From an uncultured Planctomycetaceae bacterium (GTDB lineage Bacteria; Planctomycetota; Planctomycetia; Isosphaerales; Isosphaeraceae), in NCBI GenBank assembly GCA_963833985.1, contig CAWIAD010000002.1:2240001-2304000 (forward strand): a DNA stretch of 64,000 nucleotides, in the 5' to 3' direction. This document shows, piece after piece, positions 10,595 to 20,128 of this stretch (position 1 is the stretch's first letter; each line of letters starts with the position of its first letter). The notes under the pieces were generated by a model. That model was not told the origin of the DNA and did no database searches. It saw only the letters and a program-made list of their open reading frames with translations. Made by a program: the position numbers and the translations under genes.

Positions 10595-11633
10595 CCCACG
10601 ATGCCTGTCGTCCTCAGCCGGTGATCGGCAATCGCGCCGTGCGCTGAGTCTCATTGAGCTTCTGGCCGTCGTCGCGACCATTGGGCTCCTTTTTGGATTG
10701 CTGATCCCCGCGGTCCAACAGAGCAGGGAGGCCGCGCGGCGCTTGCAGTGCATCAACAATCTCAAGCAGATCGGACTGGCTCTCAATTCGTACGTGGCGT
10801 CGAACGGGTTTTACCCCGGGATCAACACACCATCCGGTTTGGACACTAACGGAAAGCTCTACTCAGGGCACCATTTCAGCCCGCTGGCCAGGATGTTGCC
10901 CGAGCTGGGGGACGCCCCGACATTCAACGCGACGAATTTTACCTGGCACCCGTGTGAGAAGATCGCGGTGAGCTCCAACTTCACCGTGATGTCGACGCAT
11001 GTTTCGCTATTCCTGTGCCCCTCCGACTCCACTCCTTCAGGTCCGGGCTACGGCCGGGCGAATTATCGCTTCAACGTAGGCCCGACTCCCTGGATGTCAC
11101 CGGGCCCCGAAGATCCAACCCCGTGGAGCGGTCCATTCACGTGCCATCGTTACTATCGCCCGGCCGACTTTCAAGACGGGCTCTCCCAGACCATAGGCGC
11201 GTCGGAACGCATCCGCGGCAGCGGCGCGGGAGGACGACAGGGTTACGGCTGCTACCGGCTAACCGATGCGGGGGATGACAAGCTGATGGGCGGCGCCGAT
11301 GAGGCCCTTATGATCTGTTCCACCGCTGCCGCGACGCTTCCCTTGGAGACGCGAAGTGGAGAAGCGTGGTTTCTGTCCGGATTCCACTTCACGGACTACA
11401 ACCACTGCGCTACCCCGAACTCGATGATTCCGGACTGTGGCTTCCTTCCCAGTGTAAGCACCCTTCACGAGCGCTTCCTTGAGGAAGGCTTGTTCACGGC
11501 GCGGTCCTACCATCCGGGAGGAGTCAACGCCCTGCTCATGGACGGCAGCGTTCAGCATTTCAAGAACTCCATCGAGTTAAGTGTCTGGCGCGCTCTCGCC
11601 ACTCGGTCGAATGGCGAGGTTGTCTCCTGGTGA
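10584..11633 (+). CDS. DUF1559 (SBP_bac_10) prepilin-type protein with H-X9-DG motif
   Basis: ALSLIELLAVVATIGLLFGLLIPAVQQSREAARRLQCINNLKQIGLAL, FLCPSD, DGLSQT, SYHPGGVNALLMDGSV, WRALATRSNGE. Confidence 0.93.
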   Translation: MVLSPRCLSSSAGDRQSRRALSLIELLAVVATIGLLFGLLIPAVQQSREAARRLQCINNLKQIGLALNSYVASNGFYPGINTPSGLDTNGKLYSGHHFSPLARMLPELGDAPTFNATNFTWHPCEKIAVSSNFTVMSTHVSLFLCPSDSTPSGPGYGRANYRFNVGPTPWMSPGPEDPTPWSGPFTCHRYYRPADFQDGLSQTIGASERIRGSGAGGRQGYGCYRLTDAGDDKLMGGADEALMICSTAAATLPLETRSGEAWFLSGFHFTDYNHCATPNSMIPDCGFLPSVSTLHERFLEEGLFTARSYHPGGVNALLMDGSVQHFKNSIELSVWRALATRSNGEVVSW

Positions 11634-11649
11634 GGCCCGCACGTCGATC

Positions 11650-11671
11650 AGGAACCGTCTAGGAACCGTCT
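11650..11671. repeat. 11-bp tandem duplication AGGAACCGTCT x2
   Basis: Exact adjacent repeat just after the DUF1559 stop. Confidence 0.8.
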
Positions 11672-11822
11672 GGACGGGCAGGGAATTCGGGACCACCTAT
11701 TTCAAACATCGCCTTCCGAGCCAGAGGTCGGTACCCTGACTGGAGACGCGAGTGGTTCAGACTCGCCACCAGCCAGCGGCCACTGTCCACTGTCCACTAT
11801 TCCGGCACAAGCGGCGATTGCA

Positions 11823-11838
11823 CGCAAGCATTGTGCCA
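11823..11838 (-). promoter_or_regulatory. Sigma54-type -24/-12 element
   Basis: Minus strand TGGCACAATGCTTGCG fits TGGCAC-N5-TTGC (GG-N10-GC). Confidence 0.5.
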
Positions 11839-11843
11839 TTTCG

Positions 11844-11872
11844 TTGACTTCACTTTGCGGCCTGCCTAGCAT
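11844..11872 (+). promoter_or_regulatory. Sigma70-type promoter for the AAA-VWA pair
   Basis: TTGACT-N17-TAGCAT about 60 bp upstream of the AAA start. Confidence 0.5.
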
Positions 11873-11932
11873 AACTACGGTTTATCGGGATCGTCTTTCA
11901 GCATTGAAGCTCACCGGAGAGGCAGGCGCGTG

Positions 11933-13378
11933 ATGGGGACGGATCGACCCCGAACTCTGGGCGAATTACGGGCAAGCGGCTATCGCATGGAGTCGGTGAA
12001 GGACGAGATGAGACGCAACCTCGTCCAGAAGCTGCGCACGGGCGAATCGCTTTTCCCTGACATCCTCGGCTATGAAGAGACCGTGGTCCCGCAGATTCAG
12101 AACGCGATTCTCTCGCGGCATGACATGCTGCTGCTGGGATTGCGCGGACAGGCCAAGACGCGGATGCTCCGGCAACTGGTACATCTGCTCGACGAATTCC
12201 TGCCGGTCGTGGCCGGCTCCGAGCTGAACGACCATCCATTCCACCCGATCTCGAAGTACGCGCGCGACCTGGTGGCCAAGGAGGGGGATGCAACGCCCAT
12301 CGCCTGGATTCGCCGCGAACAGCGCTATCATGAAAAGCTGGCCACGCCCGACGTGACGATCGCCGACCTGATCGGCGAGGTGGACATGATCAAGCACGCC
12401 GAGGGCCGCTACCTTTCGAGCGAGCTGACCATGCACTTCGGGCTGATTCCGCGCACCAACCGCGGTATCTTCTGCATCAACGAACTGCCCGACCTGGCAC
12501 CCAAGATCCAGGTGGGCCTGTTCAACGTCCTCGAGGAGCGCGACATCCAGATCCGCGGCTACCCGATCCGCCTTGAACTCGATGTTTGCATGGTCTTCTC
12601 CGCCAATCCGGAAGACTACACCAACCGCGGCCGGATTGTCACGCCGCTGAAGGACCGCATCGGCTCGGTCGTCCGCACGCATTACCCGCTCACGCGCGAG
12701 ATCGGCATCGCCATCAGCGAGCAGAACGCCTGGCTCGACCGCGACACGGGCGACGGTCCGGCGCGGCCGGCGCTCGCCGTCCCGATCTACGTCAAGGAGG
12801 TGGTCGAGGAGATCTCACGGTTGGCTCGGACCTCGCCGCACGTGAACCAGCAATCGGGCGTCTCGGTGCGGATGTCGATCGCGAACCTGGAGAACGTGGT
12901 CTCGAACGCCGAGCGGCGTTCCCTGGTGCATGGCGAGAACTGGATCATCCCGCGCGTCTCCGACCTTGGCTTCACCGCATCCAGCTCACGCGGGAAGCTG
13001 GAACTGGCAATGAACGAGGAAGACGGCCACGAGGACAAGCTGATCGGCCGGATCATGGGTGAGGCGGTCAAGAACATCTTCGGTGCTCACTTCGACGTCC
13101 GCGAGTTCAAGCCCATGGTCGAATACTTCGAAGGCGGCCAGAACGTCGAGATCGGCGACATGCTACCGACGAAGGCCGTTCTGGAACGCATTGCCAAGGT
13201 CCCCGGCTTGCGCAAGCGCGCCGAGGAGATCGCCGCGAACCTGCTTCCCGACCTGAAGGATCGCGAGGCGCGCGAGGCCGCCACGGCGAGCGCAGCGGAG
13301 TTCATCCTGGAAGGCCTGCACGTGCATAACAAGCTGAACAAGGCGGCCAAGACGGGCGGATCGACCTACAGGCGATAA
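11933..13378 (+). CDS. Magnesium chelatase-like AAA+ ATPase (VWA-associated family)
   Basis: Walker A GLRGQAKT, EKLATPD, RTNRGIFCINELPDL, SANPEDYTNRGRIVTPLKDR. Confidence 0.88.
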   Translation: MGTDRPRTLGELRASGYRMESVKDEMRRNLVQKLRTGESLFPDILGYEETVVPQIQNAILSRHDMLLLGLRGQAKTRMLRQLVHLLDEFLPVVAGSELNDHPFHPISKYARDLVAKEGDATPIAWIRREQRYHEKLATPDVTIADLIGEVDMIKHAEGRYLSSELTMHFGLIPRTNRGIFCINELPDLAPKIQVGLFNVLEERDIQIRGYPIRLELDVCMVFSANPEDYTNRGRIVTPLKDRIGSVVRTHYPLTREIGIAISEQNAWLDRDTGDGPARPALAVPIYVKEVVEEISRLARTSPHVNQQSGVSVRMSIANLENVVSNAERRSLVHGENWIIPRVSDLGFTASSSRGKLELAMNEEDGHEDKLIGRIMGEAVKNIFGAHFDVREFKPMVEYFEGGQNVEIGDMLPTKAVLERIAKVPGLRKRAEEIAANLLPDLKDREAREAATASAAEFILEGLHVHNKLNKAAKTGGSTYRR

Positions 13379-13432
13379 ACAAGAATCGCGGAAATTCAAA
13401 GGTGGCTGCCGGCCACTCACCGGATGGTGTTC

Positions 13433-14575
13433 ATGTCGCTCTTCGAGTACTCGAAATGGGACGGATCGCACGAATTCCTGCCCCAGTCGGCCGACAAGCT
13501 GTTCGAACAACTTTCGGAGTACCTGCTTCAGTACGGTGAGGACGTGCTGCGCAACCTCGAGGACGTCGCTGAAGACGACCTGCCGGAAGTGATCAAGCTG
13601 ATCGAGAAAGAGGGGCTGATCGAGCGCGACGAGGAGGGCCAGTGGGTCGTCACGCCCAAGGGCATCCGCAAAATTCAGAACAAGGCCCTGGATGATCTCT
13701 TCCAGACGATGCGGCGCGACGGCCTGGGCCGGCACGACACCGAGCAGAAGGGCGAGGGGACCGTCAAGCTCGAGGATACGAGGCCCTACGTCTACGGCGA
13801 CTCCCTGGCCAACATCAACATGCACGAGACGCTCAAGAACGCCTACGTGCGGCAGGGTGGTGGGGTGCCCATCCGCTTGCAGCATGAGGATTACGTGGTG
13901 CACGAGACCGAGTACCAGTCGCGCTGCGCCACGGTGGTGCTCATCGATATGAGCGGCTCGATGGGCCGTTACGGCAAGTACACCACGACCAAGAAGGTAG
14001 CGATTGCCTTGCAGGCCATGGTCCGTGCCCAGTATCCGCAAGACGCGATCGAGATGATCGGCTTTTACACCTTCGCCAGCCCGATGACCGAGCGGCAGCT
14101 TCTGAACTCGGCACCCAAGCCGGTAAGCATGTACGACAGCCGGATCCACCTGCGGTTCGACATGGACGCCCCGCCGAAGCGGGTGCCGCAGCATTTCACC
14201 AACATCCACGCCGGGCTTCGGCTGGCCCGCAGCCGGCTCATGAGGCAGCCGGCAAACAACAAGCAGATCATCGTCATCACCGACGGCGAGCCCACGGCGC
14301 ACATCGAGGGCCGCGAGGTGGTGCTGATCTACCCTCCTGCCGAGAAGACCGCCACGCACACACTCCACGAGGTCCGACAGTGCGCCAGCGCGGGCATCCG
14401 CGTCTCCAGCTTCGCCCTCATCGAGGACTACTTCTATCTGGGCCTCGTCAACTTCGTGCAGGAGATGGCGCGTGTCTCCGGCGGCGTCGCCGCGTACTGC
14501 TCGGTGGACGACCTGGGCAAGCTCGTCTTCGAGAGCTTTGTCGGCGGCCGGCATACCAGGCGGTACAATCAATAA
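13433..14575 (+). CDS. VWA domain protein, partner of the upstream ATPase
   Basis: FEYSKWDG N-terminus, MIDAS DMSGSM, TNIHAGL, ITDGEP. Confidence 0.88.
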   Translation: MSLFEYSKWDGSHEFLPQSADKLFEQLSEYLLQYGEDVLRNLEDVAEDDLPEVIKLIEKEGLIERDEEGQWVVTPKGIRKIQNKALDDLFQTMRRDGLGRHDTEQKGEGTVKLEDTRPYVYGDSLANINMHETLKNAYVRQGGGVPIRLQHEDYVVHETEYQSRCATVVLIDMSGSMGRYGKYTTTKKVAIALQAMVRAQYPQDAIEMIGFYTFASPMTERQLLNSAPKPVSMYDSRIHLRFDMDAPPKRVPQHFTNIHAGLRLARSRLMRQPANNKQIIVITDGEPTAHIEGREVVLIYPPAEKTATHTLHEVRQCASAGIRVSSFALIEDYFYLGLVNFVQEMARVSGGVAAYCSVDDLGKLVFESFVGGRHTRRYNQ

Positions 14576-14859
14576 TTTTGAGAGTGTTCACGACACTCGT
14601 TTGCGGGTCCCCGAGTGATTGCGCCAGCGCCCGCGGCGTCATTGGCCTTCCGGGCGACCGGGATCAGAGGGCCGGCTGAAGCATGCGGCGACATCGATCT
14701 GACGGGATGTCGCGCGGCGAGCGCACGGGTGGCGCCTGCCAGCATGTCGCTGTGCATCCGGATGACAAGGACGATCTGAGCGAGGCCCGCATGGGGCTGT
14801 CCGGGGGCTTCTTCTGCCCCCGCGGTCGCAGCACCGGAGTGCCTTTGCTGGGCCACCGG

Positions 14860-14875
14860 CGGCATCGGGTTTGCA
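14860..14875 (+). promoter_or_regulatory. Sigma54-type -24/-12 promoter of the YsnF-like gene
   Basis: CGGCATCGGGTTTGCA (GG-N10-GC) about 85 bp upstream of ATG 14960. Confidence 0.55.
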
Positions 14876-14959
14876 CTAATTTCTTGATGAAACCGGTTTC
14901 CGATGTTCGCAATCAGGGAGCTCCAGCGCGGGCTTCTTTCAGCACCCAGGAGGAATCTC

Positions 14960-15988
14960 ATGACAGCAGCCAGACAACGCACCACAGTTGTCGGAATCTT
15001 CGAGGATCGCGAGAGAGCCAATGAGGCCGTCAGCGAGCTGATGAAATCGGGGTTTCGCCAGGACCAGATCGGCGTCGCGATGCGGGACGCCGAACGGCGC
15101 GGCGACACGACCACAACCACAACCGGGGCCGCCGATGAGTCGCATTCCGGCTCCGGGGCAATGGCCGGTGCACTCACCGGACTGGGCCTCGGTACGCTCG
15201 CGGGGCTGGGGGTTCTGGCCGGAGTGATACCGGTCGTCGGTCCAGCGATCGCTGGCGGCACGCTTGGAATCATCCTTTCCAATGCGGCCGCGGGAGCCGG
15301 CATCGCGGGCCTGGCCGGCGCACTCATCGGAGCCGGCGTACCGGAGCACGAAGCCCGGTACTATGACGAGGAGTTCCAGGCAGGGCGCACCATCGTCACC
15401 GTCACCGCCGATGGCATGGCGGACGAGGCGATGGCAATCCTCCGGAAGTACGGCGCGTACGACGTGACCAACCGCAACGAGCTGGCGGACAGGACGAGCC
15501 ACGCCGAGACCCGAACCGCCGGCGCCGCCGCGGCGACGGCCCAGCCGGCTGCCCATCGTCAGACTGGTACCGAGGGCGACTCGTTCCAGGTCAAGGAGGA
15601 GAGGCTTCATGCGCAGAAGCACCCGGTGGAGACGGGATCCGTCAACGTGCGCAAGGAGGTACACACCGAAACCCGGACCATGGAAGTTCCCGTCCAGCGT
15701 GAGGAGGTGATTGTCGAGCGGAACCCGGTGCACGGCCGTGCCGCGACCGAGGGCGTAGCCGGCGACATTCGCGAGGGCGAGGAGATCCGCGTTCCGGTGC
15801 GCGAGGAGCACGTCACCGTGACCAAGGAACCCGTCGTGACCGAGGAAGTCCGGGTTGGCAAGCGGACGGTGCAGGATTCCGAGCGCGTCTCGGGCGAGGT
15901 GCGCAAGGAGGAGGTCAAGGTCGAGAAGACCGGCAACGTCGATGTCAAGAATCGAGGCGCCGGCACCAGGGGCCCCGGCACCACGTGA
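14960..15988 (+). CDS. General stress protein, YflT-like N-terminus plus YsnF/AvaK (DUF2382) domain
   Basis: AGGAGG RBS; VVGIFEDRERANEAV, Gly/Ala-rich hairpin, EERLHAQK..VRKEV..VPVQREEV..VPVREE. Confidence 0.88.
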   Translation: MTAARQRTTVVGIFEDRERANEAVSELMKSGFRQDQIGVAMRDAERRGDTTTTTTGAADESHSGSGAMAGALTGLGLGTLAGLGVLAGVIPVVGPAIAGGTLGIILSNAAAGAGIAGLAGALIGAGVPEHEARYYDEEFQAGRTIVTVTADGMADEAMAILRKYGAYDVTNRNELADRTSHAETRTAGAAAATAQPAAHRQTGTEGDSFQVKEERLHAQKHPVETGSVNVRKEVHTETRTMEVPVQREEVIVERNPVHGRAATEGVAGDIREGEEIRVPVREEHVTVTKEPVVTEEVRVGKRTVQDSERVSGEVRKEEVKVEKTGNVDVKNRGAGTRGPGTT

Positions 15989-16079
15989 GCTCGGCAATGG
16001 CACTCGCGCGGTCGATCGCAGGTCGGCCGCCGTTGCATTACGCAAGCCGCTTGCAAGCGCGTGATGGTTTGCGCAATGG

Positions 16080-16110
16080 AAGAACGGGGAGCGATCGCGC
16101 CCCCGTTCTT
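16080..16110. terminator. Probable bidirectional terminator hairpin
   Basis: AAGAACGGGG...CCCCGTTCTT perfect 10-bp stem between convergent genes. Confidence 0.6.
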
Positions 16111-16128
16111 GACTCTCATTCGGTCTCG

Positions 16129-16353
16129 TCAGTCGAGGGTTGCGATGTACCCGCTGATCACGCTCAGGAGGCGGCCCACTTCCTCGGTATCGAGATTCGC
16201 GTTGTGACTGACGGCGAACTCGCGCTCGCCGTCCCAGTGGCGCTCCCTGGCGCCGCCGACGGCGTGAACGACGACGCCCTGGAACGTGGTTCGCCTCAGG
16301 AGCTCGTCGATCAGGTCCTGCGTGGCGAAGAGTTCGATTTCACCCGCGTTCAT
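16129..16353 (-). CDS. Small hypothetical protein
   Basis: AAGGAG RBS before MNAGEIELFATQDLIDELLRR; protein-like composition. Confidence 0.65.
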   Translation of the reverse strand: MNAGEIELFATQDLIDELLRRTTFQGVVVHAVGGARERHWDGEREFAVSHNANLDTEEVGRLLSVISGYIATLD

Positions 16354-16496
16354 CGGCTCTCCTTGTTGAATCCGGGGACCGGCTACGTCCCCATGCCCTC
16401 GCCGCCTCCCTGCTGTCTCTCCAGCGGCTCCAGATCCTATCATGGCGGCCGTACCGCGGTACAGGCGGGATTGGCACCGTGATCGTGAAGCTGGGC

Positions 16497-18452
16497 TCAG
16501 ATGCGCGGCAAGCCCAGGAGGGCAGCCAGCACGTTGTAATCCACGGGCTTGACCAGATGATGGTCGAACCCCGCCTCGCGTGAAAGCTTGCGGTCCTCGG
16601 GGTTGCCGTAGCCGGTGATCGCGATGATCGTGGAACCAGCCAGTCCCTGCCGGCGAACCCGCCGGGCGACCTCGTAGCCGTCCAGCCCCGGCAGGCCGAT
16701 GTCCAGCAGGATGATCTCCGGACGCGTGGCCAGAGCCGCGGCGATGGCGGAGTGGCCTTCGTGTGCCGTCGCGACCTTGTGCCCCATCAGCTCCAGTAGC
16801 TGGGCCAGTGCGATGGCCGTGTCCTCGTTATCGTCCACGATCAAGAAGCTCATGGGGCGATCGGCGACCGGCGTGCCGCGTGCACCCGGCCGGCTTTCCT
16901 CGGGCGGATGCGGTTCGCTCGGAATCCTCACGGTGAACTCGCTGCCGCGGCCGGGACCTGCGCTGAATGCTTCCGCAGAACCGCCGTGAAGCTCGGCCAG
17001 GTGTTTGACCACGGTCAGGCCAATCCCCAGCCCGCCTTCCGATCTGGCGATTGTGCGGTCGCCCTGCGCGAAGAGTTCGAAGACGTGTGCGATTGTCTCC
17101 GGCGGCATGCCGATGCCGGTATCCTTGACGGAAAAGACCGTCTGGCCGGGCTCCGCGCGAGCGCTCAGCGAGACCATTCCCCCGGCCGCGGTGTAACGCG
17201 AGGCGTTGGTCAGCAGGTTGACCAGGATCTGTTCCACGCGCGTCGGGTCGACATCGCACCAGAGCACCTCCGGCTCGCACGAGGCCGAAAGGTCTTGCTG
17301 CTTGGCGATGAACTGCGGCCGGACCGCCTCGATGGCGCTGGCGACGATGCGGGCTCCGTCGACGCGCTGTTTCCGCAGCTCGATGCTGCCGCGTGTGATC
17401 CGCGAGACGTCGAGCAGGTCGTCGATCATCCGAGCGAGGTGCTCGACCTGCCGCTCGATGACCTTCTGAAATCGCTCCGACTGGTCGCCGCTGATCTGGG
17501 GCATGCGCAGAAGGCGAATGGCGTGGGCGACGGCGGCAAGCGGGTTCCGCAGCTCGTGAGCCAGCATCGCCAGGAACTCGTTCTTGCGGCGATCGGCCTC
17601 GATGAGCCGCACCGCGCGGTCGTGCAGCTCGCGCTCGAGCTTTCTGCGGTCGCCGATGTCATGGAAGATCAGCACGGTGCCTCGGATCTCGCCGCCCTCC
17701 TCGCGGATGGGGGCGGCGGTGTCGTCGATGGCATGCTCCGTACCGTCCCGGGCCACCAGCACGGTGTGATCGGCGAGACCGACTGTCTCGCCATCGCGTA
17801 GTGCCTGCGCCACCGGGTTCTCGACGCTGCTTCGCGAGTCCTCGTTGACAATCCGGAACACCCGCGCGAGCGGAACGCCCTCGGCTTCGGCCTGGGACCA
17901 GCCGGTGAGCTTCTCGGCGACGCGGTTCATGAAGATCACCCGACCGGCGGTGTCCGTCGCAATCACTCCGTCGCCCATGCTGGCAAGGGTCACGCTCAGC
18001 CACTTGCGTTGCTCGTGGAGCTTTTGCTCGGCGAGCGTCCGGCGATGGATCTCCTGGCTCAGCTCGTCGATCTTCTGGTTCAGTGCAAGAAACTGGCTGC
18101 TCGTGGCTGCCCTGGGAATCAGCCGCAGGACAAGCACGGCCTCGCCATGCGGCGTCGCGGGGTCCAGCAATGCGCCATAGGCGCGACAGAAGGTTGCGTC
18201 GCCATTCTTGCCTGCAACACCCAGGGCTCCCGGCACGTTGTCCGTGGTTCGCGAGCACAGTCTCAGGTAGGCAGCCAGGCTTTCCGGAGGGCCCACGACA
18301 AAGTCGGCGAGCGGCTGGTCCTGGAGCTCGTGCGGCTGCCGGCCGAAGAGTTCACTCGCCCTGCGATTCAGGGACTTGATGCGACCGCCCGAGAGCAAGA
18401 TCATGGCGTCCGGCAAGAGCTCGGAAAGACGGCCGGCGAGTTCAGTAGACAT
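16497..18452 (-). CDS. Hybrid sensor histidine kinase (PAS-PAS-HisKA-HATPase-receiver)
   Basis: Two PAS domains, LAHELRNPL, NLLTNA, DTGIG, GLGIGL, receiver IVDD..LLDIGLPG..KP. Confidence 0.93.
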   Translation of the reverse strand: MSTELAGRLSELLPDAMILLSGGRIKSLNRRASELFGRQPHELQDQPLADFVVGPPESLAAYLRLCSRTTDNVPGALGVAGKNGDATFCRAYGALLDPATPHGEAVLVLRLIPRAATSSQFLALNQKIDELSQEIHRRTLAEQKLHEQRKWLSVTLASMGDGVIATDTAGRVIFMNRVAEKLTGWSQAEAEGVPLARVFRIVNEDSRSSVENPVAQALRDGETVGLADHTVLVARDGTEHAIDDTAAPIREEGGEIRGTVLIFHDIGDRRKLERELHDRAVRLIEADRRKNEFLAMLAHELRNPLAAVAHAIRLLRMPQISGDQSERFQKVIERQVEHLARMIDDLLDVSRITRGSIELRKQRVDGARIVASAIEAVRPQFIAKQQDLSASCEPEVLWCDVDPTRVEQILVNLLTNASRYTAAGGMVSLSARAEPGQTVFSVKDTGIGMPPETIAHVFELFAQGDRTIARSEGGLGIGLTVVKHLAELHGGSAEAFSAGPGRGSEFTVRIPSEPHPPEESRPGARGTPVADRPMSFLIVDDNEDTAIALAQLLELMGHKVATAHEGHSAIAAALATRPEIILLDIGLPGLDGYEVARRVRRQGLAGSTIIAITGYGNPEDRKLSREAGFDHHLVKPVDYNVLAALLGLPRI

Positions 18453-18461
18453 GGCCTGACT

Positions 18462-19022
18462 TCACGCCTTGAAGTATTCCCGGCCGGGAGGACGTGCCGC
18501 GGAGGCCACCGGACGGAGATGAATGATCACCCGGCACTCCGTGTGGCCCTGGGCGATGGTCTCCTCGAGCACGACGCGAGCATATCCCAGATTGTCGGCC
18601 GCAATGCTGCCGAAGACGTTCGAGGTCATCATGCACATCGCCGGCCGGCCCAAGACCTTCTCGGCGAAGGGACACGTCCGGTTGCCGAAGATGATCTTCT
18701 CGTCGTCTTCCTCGATGATGTAGAAGTCTCCCTGGATCCTCCGTTTCAGGTCTATCAGCACTGCCGCCACCTGCGGCCGCGACAGAACCGGTAAGTCGAG
18801 CGCCGCCTTGTAGCTCGCGTTGATCTGTTCGCCGACCCGCTGGCCGACCACGCTCACGAAGCCCGACGCCTCCTCGAGACCCACAACGTCCTGAAGTGTT
18901 CCGGAAAGCTCGCGGATCAACGTCCGCAAGAACACGTCGCGCTCCAGGGGCACCGGTAGCTGTTGCAGTCGTTCCAGCGCGGTAGTGGAGTTTTCCTCGA
19001 TCGCGGTTGTCGCAGCGGTCAT
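18462..19022 (-). CDS. Methanogen output domain 1 (MetOD1, V4R-like) protein
   Basis: [45 protein letters not shown] pattern; 9 bp upstream of the kinase. Confidence 0.78.
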   Translation of the reverse strand: MTAATTAIEENSTTALERLQQLPVPLERDVFLRTLIRELSGTLQDVVGLEEASGFVSVVGQRVGEQINASYKAALDLPVLSRPQVAAVLIDLKRRIQGDFYIIEEDDEKIIFGNRTCPFAEKVLGRPAMCMMTSNVFGSIAADNLGYARVVLEETIAQGHTECRVIIHLRPVASAARPPGREYFKA

Positions 19023-19425
19023 CTTGTCGCTCCCTATCCTTTAACTCCCATGAAATCGATTAAATCGCAGCATTCTCCACCGCGTCAAGAGAGAGACCAC
19101 GCCCGGACTCGATTGCCAGTCGAACCGTGAATGCGATCGCCCCGTTTCCCTGTACGGGCCACTCCCTGCAAGCGGCCCTGCCGGTGGAACCGGCACCCTC
19201 CGCCCTGCGCGTGTGTACAAGGAGACAAACCTCGGTCGCAGGTTGGCACCCGGGGTTGGAAACCGGCGCGCGCTGCACTCGCTCACGCATTGCACATTGG
19301 TGTGCATCGGAAAAGATACGTGTGACCTGTCGCGGCGCAAGCCGCACGCCGGCAGCCGAAGGCCCCGTTTCTTCGCGTGGACGCCTTCTCGGCACGCATG
19401 TTCATGTTCCAGAGCACGGCCAGGC

Positions 19426-19979
19426 ATGCACGCACAAGCCCCTCTCTCGGGACAGACCCTCGAACGGTACCGGGCGTACCTGTGGACCCTGGCGCATCCA
19501 GCTTGGCGGCAGTCGAGTGCTGACCGCCAGCCGCGACGGCACGGCGCAGTTTTGGGATGTCACGATGCGCATATCGCGTCAACCGGCGGGTGATTCGCCA
19601 TGACCAGGCGGTTCGCAACGCGGTCTTCAGCCCCGATGGCGAGCGCGTGGCGACCGCTGGCCTTGATGGAATTGCCCGGATCTGGGACGCGCTGACCGGC
19701 GAACCGCTCACACCCCGACTGGCGCACAAGTCGCGGCTGCTGAGCGTTGCGTTCACTCCCTCCGGAGACCGGCTGCTCACGGGTGACATGGACGGAATCG
19801 TCAAGCTCTGGACCCTGCCGCTGGATCGCCGCCCGCTGCTCGACGTGATTCAGCGCGCTCAGTTCCTCTCCGGTCACAAGATTGATGAGACCGGCGGACT
19901 GGTCCCGCTCTCCCCCTCTGAAGTAGTGGATGCCTGGCGCGCACTTCAAAGCGGCGGCGCGGAAAGCCCGCAAGAGTGA
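19426..19979 (+). pseudogene. Deletion remnant: ECF sigma N-terminus joined to the WD40 C-terminus of a kinase-type protein
   Basis: LERYRAYLWTLA/RIQLG followed directly by SRVLTASRDGTAQFWDV and two more WD40 repeats; two frameshifts. Confidence 0.7.
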
Positions 19980-20128
19980 TGAGCCGTTCGAACACCCGGC
20001 GCGCGTGTGGTGAGCCAGCCCGTCACGGGACCCGGCACGTCTTTTGCTTTCCTGGAGGCTGGGTCGTAGAGAGTCAGCCACCGCGAGGACGTCCTCGCAG
20101 GCAGCCTTCCGCCAGATCGAGAGCACGC

